A stretch of DNA of 64,000 nucleotides from Macrostomum lignano (lineage: Eukaryota). A program made the position numbers and the translations under genes. The stretch covers positions 56,614-120,613 of the forward strand of contig NIVC01002095.1 in the NCBI GenBank assembly GCA_002269645.1, written 5' to 3'. Shown one piece after another: positions 47,632 through 59,164 of this stretch (its first letter is position 1; each line of letters starts with the position of its first letter). The notes below the pieces were generated by a model, which worked only from the letters and a program-made list of their open reading frames with translations, searched no databases and was not told where the DNA came from.

Positions 47632-50308
47632 TCACAGACTCTCCATCAGCCTGTCCACAGCATCCCTATCGTACAGCAGCATGCGCACCAGAGCAGCCCT
47701 GCTCAAGCCAGTCCTGTCAGCCAGTCTAGCCAGACCTTCATCAACATCGTCAGACGCGCCCAGCAGCGGATAGGCGGGGATCGCCTCCAGACAGATGCCG
47801 GTGTACATCACTAGCCGGCAGTCGAAGGTGCCATACAACAGCACTGGCAAGTCGCGGCCATTGAACCCGTAGCAGCCGGCAGCGAAAAACAGGCACGGCT
47901 CCGGGAATTGAAATTTGACAACCTCCTTGTGATGATTGACAATATAAGACATGCCGTCCCAGCTGCACAGGATCACCTCCTCGGCGGCGTCGTTGGTTAA
48001 ATCGAGCTTAGCCAGGCCGAAAAGCTGGTGGGTGACCTGCAGCGACCAGATCTGCTTGTCGCTGACACCGTCAAGAAGCAGCAGGCTGCCATCGAGGGTG
48101 CACATGGCCATGTAGGGCGGCGCCGATGCCGACGGGACCCGGGACCGGCGAACCCCGCACACGATCTCCGTGGTGGGGAAGTGACGACGGTCGGAGGTGA
48201 TTGGGGTCACCGAGTGGTAAACTACCTGCAAGTAAGGGATTTATTAAGGTAGCTAATTATCCTACAGACTCATTAGGGCAGCTAATTATCTTACAGACTC
48301 ATTAGGGCAGCTAATTATCCTACAGACTCATTAGGGCAGCTAATTATCTTACAGACTCATTAGGGCAGCTAATTATCTTACAGACTCATTAGGGCAGCTA
48401 ATTATCTTACAGACTCATTAGGGCAGCTAATTATCTTACAGACTCATTAGGGTAGCTAATTATCTTACAGACTCATTAGGGCAGCTAATTATCTTACAGA
48501 CTCATTAGGGTAGCTAATTATCTTACAGACTCATTAGGGCAGCTAATTATCTTACAGACTCATTAGGGTAGCTAATTATCTTACAGACTCATTAGGGTAG
48601 CTAATTATCCTACAGACTCATTAGGGTAGCTAATTATCTTAGACTCAATAATGTAGGTAATTATCCCACAGGTAGATTCATTAAGGCAGCTTATTATCAT
48701 ACAGGCTCCTTAAGGGGTAGCTAATTATCCCATTAGCAATTTCCCACACTGACACGCAGCTAAAAGCCCCACCTTCGACGCCGTCAGAGGGCAGGGCTCG
48801 CCAACGCACAGCGTGACGTACGCGCCCCCCTGCTGCGACACGAGCACGTGCCTCGGTCCGGCCGGCACTGCCGGGTTCTCCTCGTGCAACGACAGCGAGC
48901 CAATCTGGCTGACGAGCTCCCAGCGCTGCAGCGGAGTCAGCTCGCTCTGACTGGCCCTGTAGGAGAACACCAGCCGATCAGAAGTGGCCACAACCAGCTC
49001 GTTGCGACCGTCGGCGTCGATGTCGGCAATCAGGAGGTGCCGGCCGTTGGGCGCCAGTCGGTAGCCGGCTCGAAGGGCTGGACTGAGCTTGTCTCCGCCA
49101 GATGGGTCGCGGCTGACCTGCGGAGGGTTGCGTGTATGGCGCTGTTGTAAATAGGTTCTGCTGAAGGGTTTGGGTCAGGGTTCTGCTGAAGGGTTTGGGT
49201 TAGGGTTCTGCTGAAGGGTTTGGGTCAGGGTTCTGCTGAAGGGTTTGGGTCAGGGTTCTGCTGAAGGGTTTGGGTCAGGGTTCTGCTGAAGGGTTTGGTT
49301 AGGGTTCTGCTGAAGGGTTTGGGTCAGGGTTCTGCTGAAGGGTTAGGGTTAGGGTTCTGTTGAAGGGTTTAGGTCAGGGTTCTGCTGAAGGGTTTGGGTC
49401 AGGGTTCTGCTGAAGGGTTTGGTTAGGGTTCTGCTGAAGGGTTTGGGTCAGGGTTCTGCTGAAGGGTTTGGGTTAGGGTTCTGCTGAAGGGTTTGGGTCA
49501 GGGTTCTGCTGAAGGGTTTGGGTTAGGGTTCTGCTGAAGGGTTTGGTTAGGGTTCTGCTGAAGTGTCAGGGTCAGTTACACAAAACAATGTAAGCAGACA
49601 CCATGAACCCGGCTTTGGAACCTCGATAAGATGCGCGTCGCCTTCAGCGCAGCACACCAGCAGGAGGTTGCGACCTCCGTCGTTAAGCAGGTCGCCAACA
49701 GCGAGGCAGGAGACGCTACCGACGGGTTCAGTTTCCATGGCTGGTGTTGTGGACTCGCCCTGCGGCAGGAGACGAGGCGGAGGCAAAGTGAAAAATATGC
49801 GAAATATTGCTAGGTTGTAAATTTGATACCTGAGACATCATGAAATTGTATGCGTGTAATTTTTCTTGCGTGTAATCACACCGACTCCTTGTGTAGGGTT
49901 TTTTCTTAACTACCAATTATAGTAATATAGCACATCATTCTACTCCTTAGATCAAAACCAATTAGCCCTAGCTATTCAATTTAAATGCCAATTATTGATT
50001 CCAATCCTCTATACGCAAAATTAGCGACAGCGGAGGCGGAGGAAACAACTGTTGTCAAACCAATCCTCCCCTCTGAAAGACAGGGGGCATTTCAAGGTGA
50101 TTGTGGCATTATTCAAAAGGGAGATGCCCTTGTAGCTTAGTATCTGTCTGTCTGCGTGTCTGTCTGTGTGTCTGTCTGTGTGTCTGTCTGTGTGTCTGTC
50201 TGTCTGTGTGTCTGTCTGTGTGTCTGTCTGTGTGTCTGTCGGTGTGTCTGTCTGTGTGTCTGTCTGTCTGTGTGTCTGTCTGTCTTTCTGCATGTCTGTC
50301 TGTCTGCG

Positions 50309-50339
<31 letters not shown>

Positions 50340-50340
50340 G

Positions 50341-50389
<49 letters not shown>

Positions 50390-50392
50390 GCG

Positions 50393-50431
<39 letters not shown>

Positions 50432-50640
50432 GTGTCTGTCTGTCTGTCTTTGTGTCTCTCTGTGTGTCTGTCTGTCTGTCTTTCTGTGTGTGTGTCTGTC
50501 TGTCTGTCTGTGTGTCTGTCTGTGTGTCTGTCTGTGTGTCTGTCTGTCTTTGTGTCTGTCTGTCTGTCTTTCTGTGTGTCTGTCTGTCCGTCTGTCTGTC
50601 TGTCTGTCTGTCTGTCTGCGTGTCTGTCTGTCTTTCTGCG

Positions 50641-50703
<63 letters not shown>

Positions 50704-50734
50704 GTGTCTGTCTGTCTTTGTGTCTGTCTGTCTG

Positions 50735-50765
<31 letters not shown>

Positions 50766-50966
50766 CTGTCTGTCCGTCTGTCTGTCTGTCTGCGTATCTG
50801 TCTTTCTGCGTGTCTGTCTGGCTGTCTGTCTGTCTGTCTGTCTGTGTGTATCTCTGTCTGTGTGTCTATCTGTCTGTGTGTCTGTCTGTCTGTCTGTGTG
50901 TATCTCTGTCTGTGTGTCTGTCTGTCTGTCTGTGTGTATCTCTGTCTGTGTGTCTGTCTGTCTGTG

Positions 50967-51053
<87 letters not shown>

Positions 51054-51292
51054 GTATCTGTCTGTCTTTTTGTCTGTCTGTCTGTCTGTCTGTCTGTGTG
51101 TATTTCTGTCTGTGTGTCTGTCTGTCTGTGTGTCTGTCTGTCTGTCTGTCTGCGTGTCTGTCTATCTGTCTGTCTGTCTGTCTGTCTTTCTGTGTGTCTG
51201 TCTGTGTGTCTGTCTGTCTGTCTGTCTGCGTGTCTGTCTATCTGTCTGTGTGTCTGTCTTTCTGTGTGTCTGTCTGTGTGTCTGTCTGTCTG

Positions 51293-51327
<35 letters not shown>

Positions 51328-51410
51328 CTGTCTGTCTGTCTGTCTGCGTGTCTGTCTATCTGTCTGTGTGTCTGTCTTTCTGTGTGTCTGTCTGTGTGTC
51401 TGTCTGTCTG

Positions 51411-51445
<35 letters not shown>

Positions 51446-51905
51446 CTGTCTGTCTGTCTGTGTGTGTGTGTGTCTGTCTGTCTCCCCAGCCCTCACCTTG
51501 TAGACTAGCACCCGGCACAGGTAGGTCTCGTCCCGCAGCTTGGCCTCGCTGAAGGCCTCCGAGGAGGTGGCGAGCTGTTTGGAGCTGGCCAGCAGCAGCT
51601 CACAGCAGCCGTCGTTGTCAACATCGGCCAGACAGACCAGCGACTGAGAGCGGACGCTGATGCCGGACAACTCCAGCTTCTCCACAAAGTCCACTTGTCG
51701 TATTGAGGACTGCAATAATAATTTAATCTACAATTTACAGTAGGTACAAAAATGGCTTTGTAAAGTATACTACACAACATATCGGCAAAAAGAATCAAAG
51801 CATCTCAAGACCTCAAGAAGTATGGATGTTTTTCAAAGGGTGTAATTAGCTCGTAGATTCGAATTTTTGCCTTTATGTACTTGTAATGGTGTGAAAAACT
51901 ACCAT
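47632..51905 (-). CDS. ITFG2: Integrin-alpha FG-GAP repeat-containing protein 2 (KICSTOR subunit), ~430 aa
   Basis: Exons 51709-51497, 49759-49622, 49117-48773, 48225-47632, all phase 0; probable ATG-only first coding exon 51905-51903 (ATG|GTAGTT, tentative). Motifs [92 protein letters not shown] match human ITFG2. Confidence 0.93.
48245..48735 (+). repeat. 29-bp minisatellite (ATTAGGGCAGCTAATTATCTTACAGACTC), ITFG2 intron
   Basis: Direct reading. Confidence 0.95.
49155..49562 (+). repeat. 25-bp G-tract minisatellite (GGGTTTGGGTCAGGGTTCTGCTGAA), ITFG2 intron
   Basis: Direct reading. Confidence 0.96.
50140..51485 (+). repeat. Compound (TCTG)n/(TG)n microsatellite, ITFG2 intron
   Basis: Direct reading; source of the VCLS ORFs. 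Confidence 0.98.
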
Positions 51906-52249
51906 GTTTGCATTAAAAAACAATTAAAAAGTGATAAATTATTAACGATTAATAACGAATATATGATTTCATACATAGGAATGAATAGCTGATGTGCACA
52001 AACTGCGTATTATTTATAAAAAAACTCGTTGCAGAAGAGGCAGCTTGACTAGTTCATTTAGGGTGTACAAAGCTTTTGTAAATAATTGTTCTACTTCTAC
52101 TACTAAATAAGTAGGTAGTATCATTGAATGTGACATAAAATGCTAATTGATTAGATTAGCAGAAAAATCTTTCATGAAAATGAAAGAATGAATGTGAATT
52201 TCTGTTATTCACAAAACGTTTAAGATATCACAATTGAAAAGTTAGATTC

Positions 52250-52620
52250 TGTGTCACTCAAAATGGCACTCAATGTGTCACTCAAAATGACCCTCAGTGT
52301 GTCACTCAAAATGACCCTCAGTGTGTCACTCAATGTGTCACTCAAAATGACCCTCAGTGTGTCGCTCAATGTGTCACTCAAAATGTCACTCAATGTGTCA
52401 CTCTAAATTTCACTCAAAATGACACTCAAAATGACCCTCAGTGTGTCACTCAATGTGTCACTCAAAATGTCACTCAATGTGTCACTCAAAATGTCACTTA
52501 ATGTGTCACTCAAACTGGCACTCAATGTGTCACTCTAAATTTCACTCAAAATGACACTCAAAATGACTCTCAATGTGTCACTCAAAATGTCACTCAATGT
52601 GTCACTTAAAATGTCATATA
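52250..52620 (+). repeat. Minisatellite of GTGTCACTCAA(AATG) units
   Basis: Direct reading. Confidence 0.9.
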
Positions 52621-52668
52621 AAAATGACAATTTAGAAATAAACTCAGCAAGTTCCTTATAATAGAAAG

Positions 52669-53008
52669 CTAAGGATAAATTAGCAGTGCTGCCACGCAAG
52701 CAGCCGCCAGGGCCACAGCGGGAGGCCTCGGTGGCCCGGACGCTTCGGCGAAAACTTCGCCTTCCTCGGCAACGTAGCGGAAACAGTCGTCTTTGCCGGT
52801 GGACACCTTGAACTGGCGGCTGTCGCACAGCTTGTAGCCGTTCTCGAATAGCGAGGCCACGGTTTGGCCCTGGGTGAGAGTGGGATCGGAGCTTTGCAGG
52901 GGATCTAGGGATAGGCCGACAGACAGACAGAGACAGACAGACAGACAGACACGCAGACAGACAGACAGACAGACAGACAGACACGCACACACACACAGGC
53001 AGACACGC

Positions 53009-53067
<59 letters not shown>

Positions 53068-53116
53068 AAGACAGACAGTAAGACAGACAGAAAGACAGAC
53101 AGACAGACAGACACGC

Positions 53117-53147
<31 letters not shown>

Positions 53148-53295
53148 AAGACAGACAGTAAGACAGACAGAAAGACAGACAGACAGACAGACACGCAGAC
53201 AGACAGACAGACAGACAGACAGACACGCACACACACACAGACTAGCATGACACGCAGACAGACAGACAGACAGACAGACAGAAAGACAGACAGAA

Positions 53296-53354
<59 letters not shown>

Positions 53355-53766
53355 GACAGACAGACAGTGCCAAACAACACACCTTGATAAAGGCGCTGCC
53401 GCAGGCCTGGTACCACTTGTCGCAGAAGTCTCTGCAGACGGTGAGAGACTCGCCCCTGTAGAACACCCACTGCGAGGGGCTGCAGATGTAGCACATCAGC
53501 GAGTTGAAATAGCGAAGGCAGCTACGCGAGGCGCCCTGCAGAGGCCGCACGCTGGCAAAGGTGATGTTGATCTCCTCGCCGCGGCAGCAGCTGTGCTGGC
53601 GATACCAGGTGCAGTTGTGCAGCGTAGGCTGCGGAGCCGGAGCCCTGTTGCCAAAGAAGGTGCAGTAGGGCTGATCAACCGAGGCCAAGACGGCGAAGGC
53701 GGTCAGGCTGAAGCAGATCAGCAAACCGACTGAGTTGGCCGAAGCAGACTGAAAGTGAAGAAACAT
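52669..53766 (-). CDS. Folate receptor family (FOLR/riboflavin-binding-like) Cys-rich protein with predicted GPI signal, ~194 aa
   Basis: Exons 53766-53383 and 52869-52669. Hydrophobic leader, Cys pattern [28 protein letters not shown]..|..C..CF, hydrophobic tail [16 protein letters not shown]. The true start may lie on an upstream exon (acceptor cactttcag present). Confidence 0.8.
52918..53368 (+). repeat. (AGAC)n microsatellite, folate-receptor-like intron
   Basis: Direct reading. Confidence 0.97.
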
Positions 53767-54439
53767 CTAAAAGCATCTAAAAGTAAATTTTTACTATTGT
53801 GTACATGGATATTTTTTATTTATATATTTTCTATTTTCTATCATAAATTTATTAATGCTTATTTTAAATACCCGAAAGTAGAATTTTGCTTAGGTTGAAG
53901 TTTAAGCTAGAGATAGTTAAAAGGTACAGCTACCCATGCTAACTGCCTGTTAAATTTAGAAATGACAAAAATAGAAAATAAACAAGGAACACATTAAATA
54001 GCCATGTACTCAATTGCATTCACTCGTGCACATAATGAATATCTATTTTAGTTTATGCGCTCAATTCAGCGAAGTTAGCAGAGAGGCGCAAGTAAAAAAT
54101 ACTGCTCAGTGTTAAGCTATTATTAATAAGTTAATGATATTAATTAATAACCTTAACAACACGGTGACAAACATGCTAGACGCTCAGTTTAGCGAACTGT
54201 ACTACTAATACTCCTCTCTGTCAGATGTTGTGCAGCATAAAATGAAAGCAGCACATCGCACTTCATTAATTTATAAGAAGACAAAGTTTCCCTTAAAAAC
54301 TTCATCATCAATATTTACTATTATCAGCAGCTAAAAAAGTCAATCAGAGCGAAAATCTTTCAATCTAAAATATAAAAAACATCAACTAAAATTCTTATTA
54401 ATATCTGAGATTTAAGATTTAATATCTAGGGTTTAAGTA

Positions 54440-54790
54440 CCTTAGTAGATGAAGGTTGGGTCGAAAAGTACATTGGTGGATTTAGGTTGGGTATGAAAGT
54501 ACATTAGTAGATTAAAGTTGAGTCTCTAAAAGTACATTGGTGGATTTAGGTTGGGTCTAAAAGTACACTGGTGGATTTAGGTTGGGTTTAAAAGTACATT
54601 GATGGATCAAGGTTGGGTCTTAAAGTACATTAGAAGATAAAGTTTGGGTTTAAAAGTACATTGATGGATTTAGGTTAGGTATGAAAGTACACTAGTAGGT
54701 TAAGGTTGGGTCTAAAAGTACATTGGTGGATTTAGGCTGGGTCTAAAAATACATTAGAAGATTAAGGTTGGGTCTGAAAGTACATTGACA
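54440..54790 (+). repeat. ~32-bp diverged minisatellite (AAAGTACATTGGTGGATTTAGGTTGGGTCT)
   Basis: Direct reading. Confidence 0.85.
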
Positions 54791-54968
54791 GGTTTTTGAC
54801 AGTTTTGGGAGAATTCCAATATCTTGGACAATTAGTTTACAAAGTAGAAAAATATGCTTTCTTAGAATGAAAAAATGCTTCGTTTCCCAATGAAAATAAA
54901 AATAAATGCAAAATAGAAAATAACAATACAAACCAAAATATGAAAAGTGTGTCGTATCAAACCAACAT

Positions 54969-57900
54969 CTAGGCGCGATCGCCATTAACTCTATCGGAGT
55001 TGGACAATGCAGCGGACTTAGTCAACTTTGGCGCCGGAGCGGTGGGCCAGCGGATCAACAGTCTCAGGTTGCGATCCAAGCTGGCCGTTGGCAGGCAGCA
55101 CAGACGGCGAAGGAAATGCCGACCGCCCAGGCCGGATCGGACAGCCAAAGCGGCAGCGACGCGAAGGCTTGGCGGCCGGCGACACGAGTGCCGATAGGAT
55201 AGGTCGCGCGGCAGCAGGTGGTGCAGCTGGTATTGCTGCTGATGATGCGGCAAAAGCAGACGAGCGGCCAGACTTGGCCAGCAGCTCATGAGGCAGTCGG
55301 TCAGGCTGAAGCAGACCGACTCGGCTTCTTCGTCAATAGGATTGGCCAGAGTGGACGCCGCTGTCGGCTGCTTCGGATTGCCGCTGGAAGCGGCGGCGGC
55401 GGCGGCAGCCGCCGTGGCAGCTTCGGCAGCGGTTGGTCGACGAAGCGACCGCCAGACGGCTAGAAGGACTCCGGCGATGTCGGATGGCCGGCCGAGTCGG
55501 TCAGGACGACAGCCGGCAAGGAGTAGCAGGCGAAGGTAGCGGGCCGCCTGCGGTGTACGTTTGGGTGAACTTGAAATGTACATTGCGTGTAGACTGCGTG
55601 CACGTGACGTAAGGTGTACATTGGATGCATATAGGGTGTACATTGGATGCACATAAGGTGTAAATTGGATGCACATAGGGTGTACATTAGATGCACATAG
55701 GGTGTACATTGGATGCACATAATGTGTACATTGGATGCACATAGGGTGTAAATTAGATGCACATAGGTGTAGATTGGGTGCACGTAGGGTGTACATTGGA
55801 TGTACTAGGGTGTAGAAAGATGCACTAGGGTGTACATTGGGTGCACATATGGTGTACATTGGGTAGTAAAGCAGTGTACAATGGGTGTAAATTGGGATGG
55901 TAAGGCCACGTCTACACTAGGAGGATTTAGGCTAATGTAACGCATCCGACAATCGGGGCGCGACTTTCTTTCGATTCTGTACGCAGGAACAAAAATTTGT
56001 GGTCGTGCGATTCCCAGCATGAGGGCCAACCCACCAAGGTACAGAGTGTACATCACTGACAATTAGAAAGTAAGGGCCGCTGTACACCCTGTGTGAGTGT
56101 GTGCCTGTGTACAGTATTGGCTGGTAATGTGCTCAAGTTAAGAGTCAGCGGAATGGAAAGATTTGTCTCAGCGCGGTGGTGTGTGGGACAATATATTGTG
56201 CCAGGGTGTCCGCAGACCTGTTAGAATGATTTTTAAGGATAGGCCGGAGTGTACATTAGGAGGGCTAGGTCGGAGTGTACATTAGGAGGGCTAGGTCGGA
56301 GTGTACATTAGGAGGTCTAAGTCGGAGTGAACATTAGGAAGGCTAGGCCGGAGTATACATTAGGAGGGCTAGACCGGAGTGTACATTAGGAGGGCTACAC
56401 TTGTAGACCGGAGTGTACATTAGGAGGGCTAGGTCGGAGTGTACATTAGGAGGTCTAAGTCGGAGTGTACATTAGGAAGGATAGGCCAGAGTGAACATTA
56501 GGAGGGCTAGGTCGGGGTGTACATTAGGAGGGCTAGGTCGGGGTGTACATTAGGAGGGATAGGCCAGAGTGAATATTAGGAGGGTTAGGCCGGGTGTACA
56601 TTAGGAGGTCGAGGTCGGAGTGTACATTAGGAGGGCTAGGTCGGGGTGTACATTAGGAGGGCTAGGTCGGAGTGTACATTAGGAGGGCTAGGTTGGAGTG
56701 TACATTAGGAGGGCTAGGTCGGGGTGTACATTAGGAGGGCTAGGCCGGGGTGTACATTAGGAGGGATAGGCCGGAGTGTACATTAGGAGGGCTAGGTCGG
56801 GGTGTACATTAGGAGGGATAGGCCAGAGTGAACATTAGGAGGGTTAGGCCGGGTGTACATTAGGAGGTCGAGGTCGGAGTGTACATTAGGAGGGCTAGGT
56901 CGGGGTGTACATTAGGAGGGCTAGGTCGGAGTGTACATTAGGAGGGCTAGGTCGGGGTGTACATTAGGAGGGCTAGGTCGGGGTGTACATTAGGAGGGCT
57001 AGGTCGGGGTGTACATTAGGAGGGCTAGGCCGGGGTGTACATTAGGAGGGATAGGCCGGAGTGTACATTAGGAGGGCTAGGCCGGGGTGTACATTAGGAG
57101 GGATAGGCCGGAGTGTACATTAGGAGGGCTAGGCCGGGGTGTACATTAGGAGGGATAGGCCGGAGTGTACATTAGGAGGGCTAGGCCGGGGTCTACATTA
57201 GGAGGAATAGGCCGGAGTGTACATCTGAGCTAAAAAAGCTACGCAGATGCCCATTGGGCCAAACCTTAAGCGCCGTGGCCCTGTCCTCAAACTGGTGGCC
57301 GTCAAAGAAGAAGGCCTCCCGCATAACGGGCAGTCCAGCCAATCCGGAGTTGGCATCGACGCCGGCCCGCAGCAGCAGATCGGTGGTTTGCATCAAGGCG
57401 TCGCAGTCGCGCATGGGACTCCAGCAGCGCCACAGCAGGTGCCAGAAGCCGGGCAGAAGCTCTTCGGCTGGGCCGCCAGCGCCGCAGCAGCGCAGGCGCA
57501 GAGGTAGATGAGCATTGGGATCGACTCCGTAGGCTGCTAGCAGGGAGAACATGTCCCGGCCAGGTAGAGACAGGCCAGCCGTGGGAAGTTCCACAACGCG
57601 AGCCTGCTGGGAATTTGCAGTTACAGGTATTCTGTGGTTACAGGTGTCATTGGATAATTAATAACAGCGGTGACAGATGAGGCAGCAGTTTTGGCGCTTA
57701 CAGGGTAGTTACATGAACAATGAGAGAGGAGGAAGAGGGGAAAGGGAGGAAGAGGGTGGAGAGGGAAGAGGGGAAAGAGGGGGAGGAGGGGGAAGAGGGG
57801 GAAGAGGGGGAAGAGGGAGAAGAGGGTGAATAAGGGAAGAGGGGAAAAGAGGAGGAAGAGGGGTAGAGAGGGAAGAGGGGAATGAGGGGAGGAGGGAGAA

Positions 57901-58901
57901 GAGGGGAAGAGGGAGAAAGAGGGTGAATAAGGGAAGAGGGGAAAAGAGGAGGAAGAGGGGTAGAGAGGGAAGAGGGGAATGAGGGGGAGGAGGGGGAAGA
58001 GGGGAAGAGGGAGAAGAGGGTGAATAAGGGAAGAGGGAAAAGAGGAGGAAGAGGGTAGAGAGGGAAGAGGGGAAAGAGGGGGAGAAGGGGAAAGAGGAGG
58101 AAGAGGGGAAGAGGGGGAAGAGGGGAAGAGGGGAGGAGGGGAAGGGGGGAAGAGGGGGAGAGGGAGAAGAGGGGAAGAGGAGGAAGAAGGGGAGAGAGGG
58201 AAGAGGGGAAAGGGGGGGAGAAGGGGGAAGAGGGTGAATAAGGGAAGAGGGAAAAGAGGAGGAAGAGGGGTAGAGAGGGAAGAGGGGAAAGAGGGGGAGA
58301 AGGGAAAAGAGGAGGAAGAGGGGGAAGAGGGGGAAGAGGGGAAGAGGGGAGGAGGGGGAAGGGGAAGAGGGGAAGAAGAGGGGAAGAGGGAGAGGGGAAG
58401 AAGAAGAGAAAGAGGAGGAAAGAAGGAGAGGGGAAGAGGAAGAGGGAAAAGAAAGGAGCGGAGGGAGAAACAGGAAAGTGTGAGGGTCGCGGCACGCCAG
58501 ACATAGATAATACACAAAGCAACTGCAGCAATAATAAAAGCCAACAGCAAGCAGGCGAGAGCAGCTGTGTCGCCTTACCTTAGCTCCGGCGGGCCTATCA
58601 GCCAGGTAGGCCCTATCAGCGGGAGACGCGCCAGTCTGAGCCAGCAGGTACCGAGCACCCGCAGACTGTCGAACAGCACAGCGAATCCCAGCGGAGTCAG
58701 CACCAGAGTCACAGGCGGCCTAACAAAGCCGCTGAGCGGCCCAAGATCCAGCCTGGACTGCTGGCAATCGTGCAGATAATAAACCACTGATTGACGTTTA
58801 GCCAACTGCTGGCTGACCAGGCTGACCGAGTCGGACTGGATGTCCCTGATCAGGGATTCGTTCACTGTGTAGGGGGGCATCATGGTGGATAGAGGGCGCA
58901 T
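54969..58901 (-). CDS. Ankyrin-like repeat protein with C-terminal SOCS-box-like motif (ASB-like); frameshifted as assembled
   Basis: Exons 58901-58579 (needs a 1-nt correction near 58652), about 57603-57265, 55547-54969. LTPLGFAV, LLAAYGVDPNA, DLLLRAGVDANS, LLLLAGCRPD; SOCS-like PPSLRVAAALAVRSGLG..LRRLCCLP. Confidence 0.6.
55600..55870 (+). repeat. ~22-bp minisatellite (GTGTACATTGGATGCACATAGG), intronic
   Basis: Direct reading. Confidence 0.88.
56016..56156. other. Unidentified dispersed element, copy 2
   Basis: Aligns block by block with 14774-14930. Confidence 0.8.
56245..57225 (+). repeat. 26-bp minisatellite (GTGTACATTAGGAGGGCTAGGTCGGA), intronic
   Basis: Direct reading. Confidence 0.96.
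57720..58480 (+). repeat. Polypurine low-complexity tract (GAGGGGAA-type units), intronic
   Basis: Almost purely G/A on +. Confidence 0.95.
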
Positions 58902-59164
58902 GGCTTCAGGCTGCAGTCCTTGTTGTTTGCTTGTTTCTATAGCTTCAGGGTATAGTAGAGACGAAGGCCTCGCACGCTAATAGCAATACTAATTATACTG
59001 TCTCCAATGCATACATGAAGGATGTGCAAAGAAAACTATAGGGGTCGAGGATAAATCTTATTTATTGTCCTAAATATTGGTTCTCGAATTGCCTTTGGCT
59101 AAAAGAATGCTTTAAAAGGTCATAAAGTTAGTCTATGGCCAGGGTCTATTGAATGGGGGATTAG

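Noticed and set aside
50021-50130. Extra ITFG2 exon
   Set aside because: Phase-0 use gives an immediate stop, and the protein aligns without it.
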